Below are positions 37,740 to 50,219 of a stretch of DNA of 64,000 nt, piece after piece (position 1 is the first letter of the stretch; the number at the start of each line of letters is the position of its first letter). The stretch is taken from NCBI GenBank assembly GCA_964016885.1, contig OZ024755.1, forward strand, positions 32,240,001 through 32,304,000, written 5' to 3'. The DNA comes from Eledone cirrhosa. Its lineage: Eukaryota. Under the pieces are notes generated by a model. The model ran no database searches. It had not been told where the DNA came from and saw only the letters and a list, made by a program, of their open reading frames with translations. A program made the position numbers and the translations under genes.

Positions 37740-37908
37740 AATAATTGTTTCTACTTTAGGCACAAGGCCAGCAATTAACCAGTGCATTACTGGTACTTTA
37801 TTTTATCGACCTCGTAAGGATGAAGGTCAACCTCGGCGGGATTTGAACTCAGATCGTAAAGAGACGTAACTATGCTGGAAAGCATGGCGTCCGACCCTCT
37901 ACCGATAC
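37740..37908 (-). mobile_element. Family A SINE (duplicated with the unit at 41625-41798)
   Basis: SINE motifs in the same flanking context in two unit copies. Confidence 0.85.
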
Positions 37909-38888
37909 TAATGCGAGTTTGTTTTAAAGAAAGAGATATGTAAATGAATAAAAAAGTTTATTGTTAAATGAAAAAAGAAACTAAGAATGTAAATCAAGTT
38001 TCTAAAGAAAGAAACTAAGATTGTAGATTAAGTGTATAGTGAAAGAAACTAAAGCTGTATATTAAGAATCTAAATCCCAAGAGGATCCTACGAGAAGTAT
38101 AGGTCCTTAAACTGCTTTAATCACCCTCTCACCTGGAATATGACCAACTGTGGAGGAGGGTGGTTTTGGTGTGTTATATAGGTATGATTCTAACAGCTTA
38201 CTAGGAGTGGCAGATTGACAATCAATTGCACACATGTAGAGTGGAACAGACATAAACAATGAAAATGGATTGCTTCGGACACGTATCCCTTTTTGCATAA
38301 GCATAATAAACCATGAGCACCATTGAAATACAACACCACCAGGAAATGTGGCAGAAGCTAAACAAAACTATCGTTTAAATTATTTATGGAAGGAAATGCC
38401 TCAATAAAACTGTTCAACATAAAATAAAATTTTACTTTACCTCCTTATAAATAGTAAAATCCAAATTTTTTATCAGGTTGGAAAACATGAAGTTGTTCCA
38501 GTGGCCATTATTATTTTTTCAAAACCTGACGTCATTTACACATGCGCAAAAAAGCAGACGTCAATGCGCATGCGCAAAGTATTTATGTGAAGTCGCAATG
38601 ACTTTACAATCGTGAGTTCGATTCTCAGACCTGGCTTGGTTGGTTTAATAACCGGTTGTTTATTGTTAAAGTTATTTCCACACATTCTGTGACTAATTTA
38701 ATCTGTTCTGTCTGCCTTGTTTTTGCGAGCTATGTATATATATCTATCTATATATATATATATACTAGTTATATATATACTAGTATTAAACTAGTAAGAT
38801 GTGCCCTCTAATGGGTTGATTGGAGGGTTAGTTCTACAACCACCGTTGACAAAAAAGGTCGCATGTATGCAAGAAATGAAGCTGACAT

Positions 38889-39840
38889 CACCTCAAACAC
38901 TGTCATAAACAAATCTTCTCAATATTCGGAGCTCCCTCATTCATACACTCCGATCGAGGAACTCAGTTTCTCTCCAAAGAATTCGATCATTTCTGCTTTT
39001 CCAATGGTATATCCCACACGCGCACTTCGCCGTACCATCCACAAGGAAATGGCCAAAACGAGCGCTACAACGGAGTCCTCTGGAAAGGAATTCAATGCAT
39101 AATTAACTCGCGAAAACTTAAAGAAACTAAGTGGGAAGATATCATACCAGAAGTTCTTGCCTCGCAACGATCACTTCTCTGTACAGCACTAATGAGACAC
39201 CCCATAACCGCATATTTAGATTCGATCGAAAGGGTTCCTTAGGATTTTCCCTACCAGATTGGCTTAGAGTTGGAAACGACGTCTATATTAGAAACTTTAT
39301 TCGTACAAAGAACGACCCATTAGTGAATAAAGTTATTATCGAACAGATGGTGAATGCTAATTTCGCGGTTGTCAGATATCAAAATGGAAGATCTAGTACA
39401 GTCTCAACAGCAGACCTCTCCCCTGGCCCAATTAATTGTCAAAATAATGACAATCAATCCATCCAAGATAACAGTTCGATTAGCAGTTCTGCTGATATGC
39501 CGAGACCACAGTAACGATCTACTCTTAGATGAAACCGTGATTGATTTAAATCCCGTGGCAAATAGCACTAGCAGCCTACCGCAAGTTCCTGTTGACCTCG
39601 TGAGACGAAGCAAGCGTATACGCGTAGCCCCCAAGCGCTATATTGAAGAACAATAAAATCGGCGAAGAATGTTATGAAGTTCATCTATCCTCAATATAAC
39701 TTTGTTTTATTGCATATCTTACTTTTCTTACAAATATTATTGTTATATTTCTTCAAGACTAATTACTGTTTTTATATTCTAGATATTGAATAAAAGCTTG
39801 GAATTGGAGCTTTAGTTTTGCAATATTAGAACGCACAACA
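38889..39840 (+). mobile_element. Gypsy-like LTR retrotransposon 3' portion: integrase core, PPT and 171-bp 3' LTR
   Basis: IFGAPSFIHSDRGTQFLSKEF...SPYHPQGNGQNERYNGVLWK (integrase D..E core, frameshifted) and a C-terminal RRSKRIRVAPKRY*. Purine tract aaaatcggcgaagaa, then LTR TGTTATG...CACAACA (39670-39840) containing AATAAA. Confidence 0.85.
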
Positions 39841-40358
39841 CAGCCCTTCCGTGAAATCCGGCTTTGTGCAGCTCCCGGCGAACAGTTTTTGTGGAAACTG
39901 GGTTCTCGAGGTGGTCATTAAGCTCTACAGTAATTTTGGGAGCTGTACTTTTGTGATCCTTTCTAACAATTCGCGTAAGAGTCCGACGGTCCCTATCTGA
40001 AAGTTTTGGTTTTCTTCCGGAGTTTTGTTTCCATGAGAAGGTTTTTCCCTCTTTCTCAAAGGCTGTCATTACTTTCGAGACAGTACCTCTTGATACACCA
40101 AACATTTCGGCTGTTTTCGTTACGCTAGCGCCTGCCATACGAGCACCAACAATTTGACCTCTTTGAAAGTCCGATAGATCTGTCATTTTAATGAATTTTT
40201 ATTACCTTTTTCTGATGAGATCTGAAAAGAAACAGCAATTTTAACAAAACATATTAAGCAACACTAATAATAAATAAAAAAAAAACAAGCTTTTGACGGT
40301 TTTATGGATATTTCAAAATTATGATGCTAGGTGTTTCCATTATTTTGTCTAACCACTG
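39841..40358 (-). mobile_element. Truncated Tc1-like element (5' half, one TIR) interrupted by the Gypsy LTR
   Basis: Near-identical to 44134-44661; HTH N-terminus MTDLSDFQRGQIVGAR; TIR ends ...aaccactg|TA. Confidence 0.92.
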
Positions 40359-40374
40359 TATATATATGAAATTA

Positions 40375-40533
40375 TAATTTATTTCATAGTTGAGTCAAGG
40401 ATTTTGCCGCATCGGCACCTCAAACCAATGCAGACGTCAGCTCCCACTCTGAGGGCGATGGAGACACGAAGTTCCTCCAGGCTGAGTATTTGGCGCTGGC
40501 AGATAGTAAGCGGCACCTTGTAAACTGATCTGA
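40375..40533 (-). mobile_element. Duplicated 3' fragment of the CRE-like element (also at 44678-44836)
   Basis: Matches 46576-46736. Confidence 0.85.
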
Positions 40534-40629
40534 CAGAATAAAAGAATATTAAACTTTATAAAATTCTTCCAATTTTGTCTTTTATTATATATACATTTAA
40601 ATAGAGGAAACCTTTTCCTAACTAAAGAA

Positions 40630-41533
40630 AGAAACTAATAAGGTAGATGAAATGTATAGTGAAAGAAACAATAATGTAGATGAAGTGTATAGTGAAAGAA
40701 ACTAATAATGTAGATGAAGTGTATAGTGAAAGAAACAATAATGTAGATGAAATGTATAGTGAAAGAAACTAATAATGTAGATGAAGTGTATAGTGAAAGA
40801 AACTAATAATGTAGATGAAGTGTATAGTGAAAGAAACAATAATGTAGATGAAGTGTATAGTGAAAGAAACTAATAATGTAGATGAAGTGTATAGTGAAAG
40901 AAACTAATAATGTAGATGAAGTGTATAGTGAAAGAAACTAATAATGTAGATGAAGTGTATAGTGAAAGAAACAATAATGTAGATGAAATGTATAGTGAAA
41001 GAAACTAATAATGTAGATGAAGTGTATAGTGAAAGAAACTAATAATGTAGATGAAGTGTATAGTGAAAGAAACTAATAATGTAGATGAAGTGTATAGTGA
41101 AAGAAACTAATAATGTAGATGAAGTGTATAGTGAAAGAAACTAATAATGTAGATGAAGTGTATAGTGAAAGAAACTAATAATGTAGATGAAGTGTATAGT
41201 GAAAGAAACTAATAATGTAGATGAAGTGTATAGTGAAAGAAACTAATAATGTAGATGAAGTGTATAGTGAAAGAAACTAATAATGTAGATGAAGTGTATA
41301 GTGAAAGAAACTAATAATGTAGATGAAGTGTATAGTGAAAGAAACTAATAATGTAGATGAAGTGTATAGTGAAAGAAACTAATAATGTAGATGAAGTGTA
41401 TAGTGAAAGAAACTAATAATGTAGATGAAATGTATAGTGAAAGAAACTAATAATGTAGATGAAGTGTATAGTGAAAGAAACTAATAATGTAGATGAAGTG
41501 TATAGTGAAAGAAACTAATAATGTAGATGAAGT
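40630..41533 (+). repeat. 34-bp satellite array, second unit copy (~27 repeats)
   Basis: Same unit and same flanks as 34268-37570. Confidence 0.95.
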
Positions 41534-43405
41534 TTCTTAAGATAGAATGTAAATAACGAAAAAAGAAACTAAGAATGTGAACCAAGTTTCTAAATATATA
41601 TGAAGTTTCTAAGGAAAAGAGCAAATAATTGTTTCTACTTTAGGCACAAGGCCAGCAATTACTCAGTGCATTACTGGTACTTTATTTTATCGACCTCGTA
41701 AGGATGAAAGGCAAAGTCAACCTCGGCGGGATTTGAACTCAGATCGTAAAGGGACGTAACTATGCTGGAAAGCATGGCGTCCGACCCTCTACCGATACTA
41801 ATGCGAGTTTTTTTTAAAGAAAGAGATTTGTAAATGAATAAAAAAGTTTATTGTTAAATGAAAAAAGAAACTAAGAATGTAAATCAAGTTTTTAAAGAAA
41901 GAAACTAAGATTGTAGATTAAGTGTATAGTGAAAGAAACTAAAGCTGTATATTAAGAATCTAAAGAATGTAAATAAAGTTTCCAACGAAAGAAACTAAGA
42001 ATGTAAATGGAGTTTCTTAATGAAAGAAATTAAAAATATAATAGACGACCCCAGTCTGAGCAGGCAAACAGGAAAGGTGTTACCGTTATAGAAAAGAAAC
42101 TTGAACACAAGTCCTTCAGACGGTTGGTACTCATCACAACACTGAGGCCCTTCTAGACATGATGGAGAATAAAAATCAGTGATGACAACAGACATTCAGG
42201 GTGACACACTCGATGTCTGGAAAAGAAACTTGGCATTGACCAAGAGGATCCTACGAGAAGTATAGGTCCTTAAACTGCTTTAATCACCCTCTCACCTGGA
42301 ATTGACCAACTGTGGAGGAGGGTGGTTTTGGTGTGTTATATAGGTATGATTCTAACAGCTTACTAGGAGTGGCAGATTGACAATCAACTGCACACATGTA
42401 GAGTGGAACTAAGGGTCACAGGGGAACAGACATAAACAATGAAAATGGATTGCTTAGGACACGTATCCCCTTTTTACATAAGCATGATAAACCATGAGCT
42501 CCTTTGAAATACAACACCACCAGGACATGTGGCAGAAGCTAAACAAAACTATCGTTTAAATTATTACTGACATTTATGGAAGGAAATAAACAGAAAATGC
42601 CTCAATAAAACTGTTCAACATAAAATAAAATTTTACTTTACCTCCTTATAAATAGTAAAATCCAAATTTTTTATCAGGTTGGAAAACATGAAGTTGTTCC
42701 AGCGGCCATTATTATTTTCTCAAAACCTGACATCATTTACACATGCGCAAAATGCAGACGTCAATGCGCATGCGCAAAGTATTTATGTGAAGTCGCAATG
42801 ACTTTACAATCGTGAGTTCGATTCTCAGACCTGGCTTGGTTGGTTTAATAACCGGTTGTTTATTGTTAAAGTTATTTCCTCACACATTCTGTGACTAATT
42901 TAATTTGTTCTGTCTGCCTTGTTTTTGCGAGCTATGTATATATCTATATCTATATATATATCTATATATATCTATATATGTATACTAGTATTAAACTAGT
43001 AAGATGTGCCCTCTAATGGGTTGATTGGAGGGTTAGTTCTACAACCACCGTTGACAAAAAAGGTCGCATGTATGCAAGAAATGAAGCTGACATGCTTGAA
43101 AGAAATATAGAAATGTAGCTGTATATAGAGGTTTCGTTTAAATTCTTAGAAGAGAGAAGGGGGTTTATATATTTTTTCCTTAGAAGAATATACGTATTTT
43201 TGTGTCACCGGTTCAATAAATGAAGAGAGCTGGTCTACACAGAATGTATCTGTAGAGAGAAGCTTGAGTTATATTTCTTAGAATGTATGTATATAGTGTT
43301 GAGATGGCTTAGTTTCTTAGAAGACGTAACTATGAGTATATATAGAGAGAGGAAGAAAAAAAAAGTGTTTACCGACATTCACACACACACACACACATGT
43401 ATATA

Positions 43406-44661
43406 CAGGGGTTGGACAAAATAATGGAAACACCTTAAAATTTCAAACAAATTAATTTTAATATGGGGTAAGACCGCCTTTGGCAGTAATTACAGCTTGA
43501 ATTCTACGAGGTATGGACTCGTACAAAGTTTGAATTGTTTCCAAAGGAATTTTTGTCCATTCTTCATCTAAAACAGTCTCCAGTTCTTGTAGTGATGATG
43601 GTGGAGGATATCGACGCCTTACTTGTTTTTCTAAAATGCACCATAAATGTTCAATAATATTGACATCTGGGGACTGCGGGGGCCAGATAAGATGTTCAAC
43701 TTCACTAGAATGTTCCTCGTGCCATTCAGTAACAACTTTAGCTGTGTGAATTGGTGCATTATCATCCTGAAAGATTGCGTTTCCCTCCGGAAATAGTTCC
43801 GCAACCATAGGATGAATTTGATCAGATAAAATGCTTAAATAGTATTGACTATTAATTCTGCCATGAAGAGAAACCATTGGATCGGCTGATTTCCAAGATA
43901 TAGCCCCCCGCCTCAGATCATCACAGATCCTCCTCCATGTTTAACAGTTGGAAGAAGGCAGTCTGGGTCAAATGCTTCTTTTGGCTGTCTCCACACGTAT
44001 ACTCGGCCGGTATAGGATGACTCGTCCGAGAAAATAACCTCCTTCCACTGCTCTAGGGACCACTTCTGTAGGTTTTTACTCCACTCTAAACACTTTGCAA
44101 CGTTTGTTTTTAAAAGTAGTGGTTTTCTGATTGCAGCCCTTCCGTGAAATCCGGCTTTGAGCAGCTCCCGGCGAACAGTTTTTGTGGAAACTGGGTTCTC
44201 GAGGTGGTCATTAAGCTCTACAGTAATTTTGGGAGCTGTACTTTTGTGATCCTTTCTAACAATTCGCGTAAGAGTCCGACGGTCCCTATCTGAAAGTTTT
44301 GGTTTTCTTCCGGAGTTTTGTTTCCATGAGAAGGTTTTTCCCTCTTTCTCAAAGGCTGTCATTACTTTCGAGACAGTACCTCTTGATACACCAAACATTT
44401 CGGCTGTTTTCGTTACGCTAGCGCCTGCCATACGAGCACCAACAATTTTACCTCTTTGAAAGTCCGATAGATCTGTCATTTTAATGAATTTTTATTACCA
44501 TTTTCTGATGATATCTGAAAAGAAACAGCAAATTTAACAAAACATATTAAGCAACACTAATAATAAATAAAAAACACATAAAAATAAACAAGCTTTTGAC
44601 GGTTTTATGGATATTTCAAAATTATGATGCTAGGTGTTTCCATTATTTTGTCTAACCACTG
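43406..44661 (-). mobile_element. Full-length 1256-bp Tc1/mariner transposon with DD36E transposase, disrupted by one frameshift
   Basis: TA|caggggttggacaaaataatggaaacacc ... ggtgtttccattattttgtctaaccactg|TA (29-bp TIRs, 2 mismatches). ORFs 43913-44479 and 43458-43877 carry FSDES, FQDDNAPIH and WPPQSPDVNIIE; 36 residues lie between the second D and E. Confidence 0.95.
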
Positions 44662-45139
44662 TATATATATGAAATTATAATTTATTTCATAGTTGAGTCA
44701 AGGATTTTGCCGCATCGGCACCTCAAACCAATGCAGACGTCAGCTCCCACTCTGAGGGCGATGGAGACACGAAGTTCGTCCAGGCTGAGTATTTGGCGCT
44801 GGCAGATAGTAAGCGGCACCTTCTAAACTGATCTGACAGAATAAAAGAATATTAAACTTTATAAAATTCTTCCAATTTTGTTTTTTATTATATATACATT
44901 TAAATAGAGGAAACCTTTTCCTAACTAAAGAAAGAAACTAATAATGTAGATGAAATGTATAGTGAAAGAAACTAATAATGTAGATGAAATGTATAGTGAA
45001 AGAAACAATAATGTAGATGAAGTTTAAGATAGAATGTAAATAACGAAAAAAGAAACTAAGAATGTAAACCAAGTTTCTAAAGAAACTAAGAATGTAGATG
45101 AAGTTTCTAAAGAAAGAAACTAAGAATGTAAACCAAGTT

Positions 45140-45272
45140 TCTTGATACACCAAACATTTCGGCTGTTTTCGTTACGCTAGCGCCTGCCATACGAGCACCA
45201 ACAATTTGACCTCTTTGAAAGTCCGATAGATCTGTCATTTTAATGAATTTTAATTACCTTTTTTTCTGATGA
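45140..45272 (-). mobile_element. Small internal fragment of the same Tc1 element
   Basis: Matches 40089-40218 and 44381-44510. Confidence 0.85.
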
Positions 45273-45637
45273 TTCTAACAGCTTACTAGAAGTGGCAGAT
45301 TGACAATCAACTGCACACATGTAGAGTGGAACTAAGGGTCACAGGGGAACAGACATAAACAATGAAAATGAATTGCTTCGGACACGTATCCCTTTTTGCA
45401 TAAGCATGATAAACCATCACGTAACCATGAGCACGATTGAAATACAACACCACCAGGACAGAAGCTAAACAAAACTATCGTTTAAATTATTACTGACATT
45501 TGTGGAAGGAAATAAACAGAAAATGCCTAAATAAAACTGTTCAACATAAAATAAAATTTTACTTTACCTCCTTATAAATAGTAAAATCCCAATTTTTTTT
45601 ATCAGGTTGGAAAACATGAAGTTGTTCCAGCGGCCAT

Positions 45638-45825
45638 TGGATTGACAGTATCAGTAGAGGGTCGGACGCCATACTTTCCAGCATAGTTACGTCCCTTTAC
45701 GATCTGAGTTCAAATCCCACCGAGGTTGACTTTGCCTTTCATCCTTACGGGGTCGATAAAATAAAGTACCAGTAATGCACTGGATAATTGCTGGCCTTGT
45801 GTCTAAAGTAGAAACAATTATTATT
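45638..45825 (+). mobile_element. Family A SINE inserted in the third unit copy only
   Basis: Interrupts cagcggccatt|attatttt, which is contiguous at 42700-42718. Confidence 0.85.
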
Positions 45826-46469
45826 TTTTTCAAAACATTACACTATTTACACATGCGCAAAAAAGCAGACATCAATGCGCATGCGCAAAGTATTTATGTG
45901 AAGTCGCAATGACTTTACAATCGTGAGTTCGATTCTCAGACCTGGCTTGGTTGGTTTAATAACCGGTTGTTTATTGTTAAAGTTATTTCCTCACACATTC
46001 TGTGACTAATTTAATTTGTTCTGTCTGCCTCTCTGTTTTGTACCTGTTCCATTTTTTCACTATATATATATATATATATACGAGTATTAAACTAGTAAGA
46101 TGTTCCCTCTAATGGGTTGATTGGAGGGTTAGTTCTACAACCACCGTTGACAAAAAAGGTCGCATGTATGCAAGAAATGATGCTGGCATGCTTGAAAGAA
46201 ATATAGAAATGTAGCTGTATATAGAGGTTTCGTTTAAATTCTTAGAAGCGAGAAGGGGGTTTATATATTTTTCTTAGAAGAATATACGTATTTTTGTGTC
46301 GCAGGTTCAATAAATGAAGAGAGCTGGTCTACACAGAATGTATCTGTAGAGAGAAGCTTGAGTTATATTTCTTAGAATGTATGTATATAGTGTTGAGATG
46401 GCTTAGTTTCTTAGAAGACGTAACTATGAGTATATATAGAGAGAGGAAGAAAAAAAAAGGGTTTACCGA

Positions 46470-46514
<45 letters not shown>

Positions 46515-46575
46515 GTATATATATACTTATATATACATATATATATATACACATATATACACATGCATATATATA

Positions 46576-48830
46576 TAATTTATTTCATAGTGGTGTCAAA
46601 GAGTTTGCCGCATCAGCACCTCAAACCAATGCAGACGTCAGCTCCCACTCTGAGGGCGATGGAGACACGAAGTTCCTCCAGGCTGAGTATTTGGCGCTGG
46701 CAGATAGTAAGCGGCACCTTGAAAACTGATCTGACTGGATGAAGAGGGAGTCGAAGGTGGCCTTCGAACTTATGCTGTCCCAAGTTCTCTGACTTCGACT
46801 GTCCCCCACCTTCTCAGGAAGAGACAATCCCAACTCACTCCATTGCTGGAGAGCTTCACCCAACTCCCTGTTGGAACTAATCCATGTTGGAGAGGAGAGG
46901 ATGCTGCTCACCAGGGTGGAGCAAGCGTGGGTGGAGGAAAGGAAGCAGGGGAGAGAGGGGGACGAACACTTACGAAACCCAAGACCCCTAAATCGCTTGG
47001 GCAACGCAGCCTGATCACGGGACTCTGGAGAGAGTCTAACATGGACCAGGCACTCGAGTCTCTCGAAGATTAGGTCGTCGAAGCGTTGGAGGCAGGATGG
47101 AAATCCGTGAGAGGGGCTGACCCTGAGCAGATACAGAAGCTTAGGAATAGACAGGTAGTTCCTGATGGGGTTCGATAACTTCGATATTCCTCAGCAGCTG
47201 CTCAAGGCCAACCATTTTCAATTGGAAGGTTGACTCGAAGGCCAGGTCTGCGATGGAAGGGAAGGACTCTGCAAACAGGTCGATTAGCTGTTGGTGTTGA
47301 AAAGCCGGGTGTCTGAGGATCGAGAGCTCACATTTGGAGCTATTGATCTGGGCCAAGCTCCTCCACCATCTTCGGCGAGAACCATATCCGAAGTTCCCCC
47401 CCAAACGGGCGTCATCGAGGTACCTGACATTGAGTTCCAACTCAACCCCCATCTTGGTGACGTCATCAATGCCCAGTGCAAACAGAGCAGGCCCGAGTGG
47501 GTCACCCTGTTGGACTCCTGAGGCAGAGGTGATGATTTGGTCACCAAAAGAGAGGTAGGAGCGCTCCCGATAAGCCTGCCAAGCAAAGTGGTAGAGTTGT
47601 GGGACCCTCTCTCTTACTGAGCCGAGGACGATGTCGCGGCTGATGGAGTTGAATGCATTCTTGAGGTCACGTTTGAGGATGACCTTGGGGAACGAGGATG
47701 GCAAGTTGGTAAATGCTCTGGTAGCGTGGACAGCAGTTACATCCCAACCTGGTACCCACCCCCAGCTGGATGGGGGGGAAAATTCCTCCGCCAGTGAGTC
47801 GGAGACCAACAGCAAACACGCCTTTGCAGTGAGGCGCCGAAGAGTGCAGCCAACCGCAAAGAGCTTGAGTCCGGCCGATAAGGAGATACCATCCTTGAGG
47901 TGTTGAGGACGAAGGCCGTCAATTCTCGCGCCTGACCCAGCGGGGAAGGATGAAATCGCCTTTCTGAAGATATCGGTGGTGTAAACCAGTTTCGAGTATT
48001 CTGGTGGTTCGGGCCAGTGTAGCTGATCATATGGGGGTGCCGATGGGTGCTTCTCTTTCAGTCGCTCAAGAGAATCAGAGTTGCACGGAGCAAGGGAGGA
48101 CAGAGAAGAGAGGAGACGGACAGCCCCTTTAATGTCAAATTTGGCATTGACCGCTCGCTTGTGGTCTACCAGTTGACTGTTGGTGGACACCGAGTTCGGT
48201 GTCGAACTGAGATGAGACGTGGTTGGGGTGGACTCAAACAGCTGGAACTGCTGCTTGAGAGAGGACTTGAGGGAACCTGAATTCGCATTGTGCACGTGAA
48301 GAGAGATGAGGGGAAACAAAAACAATTTCTGCCAGTCAGACCTATTGTTGGACGAGCAAACGTTTTTCAATAAATTAGAGAAGGAAAAGCTATTCCAAGC
48401 TCCCTTAGGGATCCGGTTAATGAGCTTTGATTTGGAGAAGCCCTGGAGGGCTGTGGCAAAGTCCTTGGTAGAGAGTTGGTCATCGAAGCATGGGGCATCC
48501 CCACGGAATACCTCGGAGCTGAAGTGGCACCGATTACAGGTCCAGTGTTGAAGCCTTTCGGCTTGAGCTTTGGTGATGCCGACACAGCTTCTGTGGTAGA
48601 TTGCGTGGCATAGGTGACATTTAATTATCTTTAAGTTCTGGCTAGTGCGGGCACAGAAAGCACAATAAGGTGGTGGGCTGGCAGCAGCCGGCAGTAGAGG
48701 GCCAGTGTCGTAATTCGGTGGAGTGAGTGAGTCAGTAAAAGAGACAGCAGTGGTTCTAACGGTGGGACTAGAGTGGAGGTTGGGTGGTGAGGCACCGCCA
48801 TAACTTAACATTTTCTATTACAACTATTTT
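46576..48830 (-). mobile_element. CRE-like non-LTR retrotransposon (PHD finger plus RT), decayed and 3'-truncated before the endonuclease
   Basis: ORF 47141-48811 has a C4HC3 PHD (CAFC..CHLC..HRSC..WTCNRC), then SFPAGSG..DGLRPQHLK, AVGCTLRRL, DLKNAFNSI, GVQQGDPLGPALF and YLDD. Downstream PKRFRGLGFR..LPCFLSS and LRVSIALRVGADVC...C.CG end at a TA/CA tract. Confidence 0.88.
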
Positions 48831-49226
48831 ATAAATTTTTATATTATGAAGATAAAACATGCTCGCACTGTAAAAACCTTTTTGTGGGGCCGCAAGCTTG
48901 CTTGTAAAGGGCCGCATGTGAACTGCATCTTTGACATGCCCGCTTTAATAGATAAAAGGATAAAGATCCCATAACTCCTTGTGGAGTTGTAGAGGCACCA
49001 TCATATGGTGTATCTAGAGCACTTTTAAACCTGGTGGAGCCCAACCCCTCCAGGTCTGAACACAGCTGAATGTTTCTATAGAGGAAGAATCGACCCCAGT
49101 ACTGGACTGGTACTTTTGTTATTGACCTCAAAAGGATGAAAGGCAAAGTTGATCATGGCGGGATTTGAATTCTGAGCGTGCAATGAGATGGGACGAATAC
49201 CGTAAAGTAGTCTATCCGACGTCTTA

Positions 49227-49570
49227 ATCATCATCATCATCATCATCATTTTACATCCGCTTTTCCCTGCTTGCAAGGTTGGGACGGGAAATGATTCTGG
49301 CTTGGTTTCTACAGCTGGATGCCCTTCCTAACACCAACCTCATTTACAGTGAGTGCTGGGTGCTTTTTTGCCGTGGCACCTCCACGACCACTTTGCAGTG
49401 GAATGATAGGGACCCCAGTCCCTATCATCTCATTTCTACAGCTGAGTAAACTGGAGCAATGTGAAATAAAGTGTCTTGCTCAAGGACACAACACATCACC
49501 CGGTCTGAGAATTGAACTCACAACCTTTCGATTGCAAGGCCAATGCTCTAACCACTAAGCCATGTGCCTC
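49227..49570 (-). mobile_element. Composite SINE family B (tRNA head, CORE-like domain, RTE-type tail), nested in an older family A copy
   Basis: Minus: ggcacatggcttagtggttagagc...gagttcaattctc...gtgtccttgagcaagacacttt...gttaggaagggcatccagc...cttgcaagcagggaaaagcggatgtaaaa(tga)n; cttaat duplication at both ends. Confidence 0.85.
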
Positions 49571-50145
49571 CTTAATGACTCTGCTAATTCACTGCCTTCA
49601 CTTTAATAGATACTTTACATATATTAACTGTTTTGATATCAACATACCTAAGACCACCATTAATTCTATCATTATTATCACTGTTTAAAATCTATTTTCC
49701 ATACTAACATGGGTTAGGCTGTTACATTATAAGGGTAAACAGGTCAGGTGGCTATGTCTAGCATTTTTTTGGCTTGGTTCTCTATGGTTGGATGCTCTTA
49801 ACATATACTGGGAGCTTTTTTCCAAGGCCTCACTTCAATCACCTTACAAGATGGACTGTTTATATTTATCTAAAAAAGAATTTCCATCACAATTTTTATG
49901 TAAGAATCTTTGTTAAGTTATGTTCCAAACACCAACTTACTAAAGTAAAAGTTATTTATACTAAAACCTCTAAAATTCTTGATTAGTTTCAAAATTATTT
50001 GAAAATCACAGGCAGCATTTAAGGAAATAGAAATAAGGTTAAAGACTTATATATATAATAAACAACGCAATATAATTATTCCATTACCAAAGGTTTCAGG
50101 AGACTAGACAATCCTTACAGAAACGTCTGGCTGGTTCATCAGAAC

Positions 50146-50219
50146 TATTTCATCTGATGAACCAGCCAGACATTTCTATAAAGATCGTCTAGTCTCCTGA
50201 AACCTTTGGTAATGAAATA
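50146..50219 (+). ncRNA. Type I hammerhead ribozyme motif (stem II base degenerate) inside palindrome 50052-50244
   Basis: tatttcat-CTGATGA-(38 nt)-GAAA-cc-ttt-gg-TA-atgaaata: perfect 8-bp stem I, minimal stem III, GUA triplet. Confidence 0.6.
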
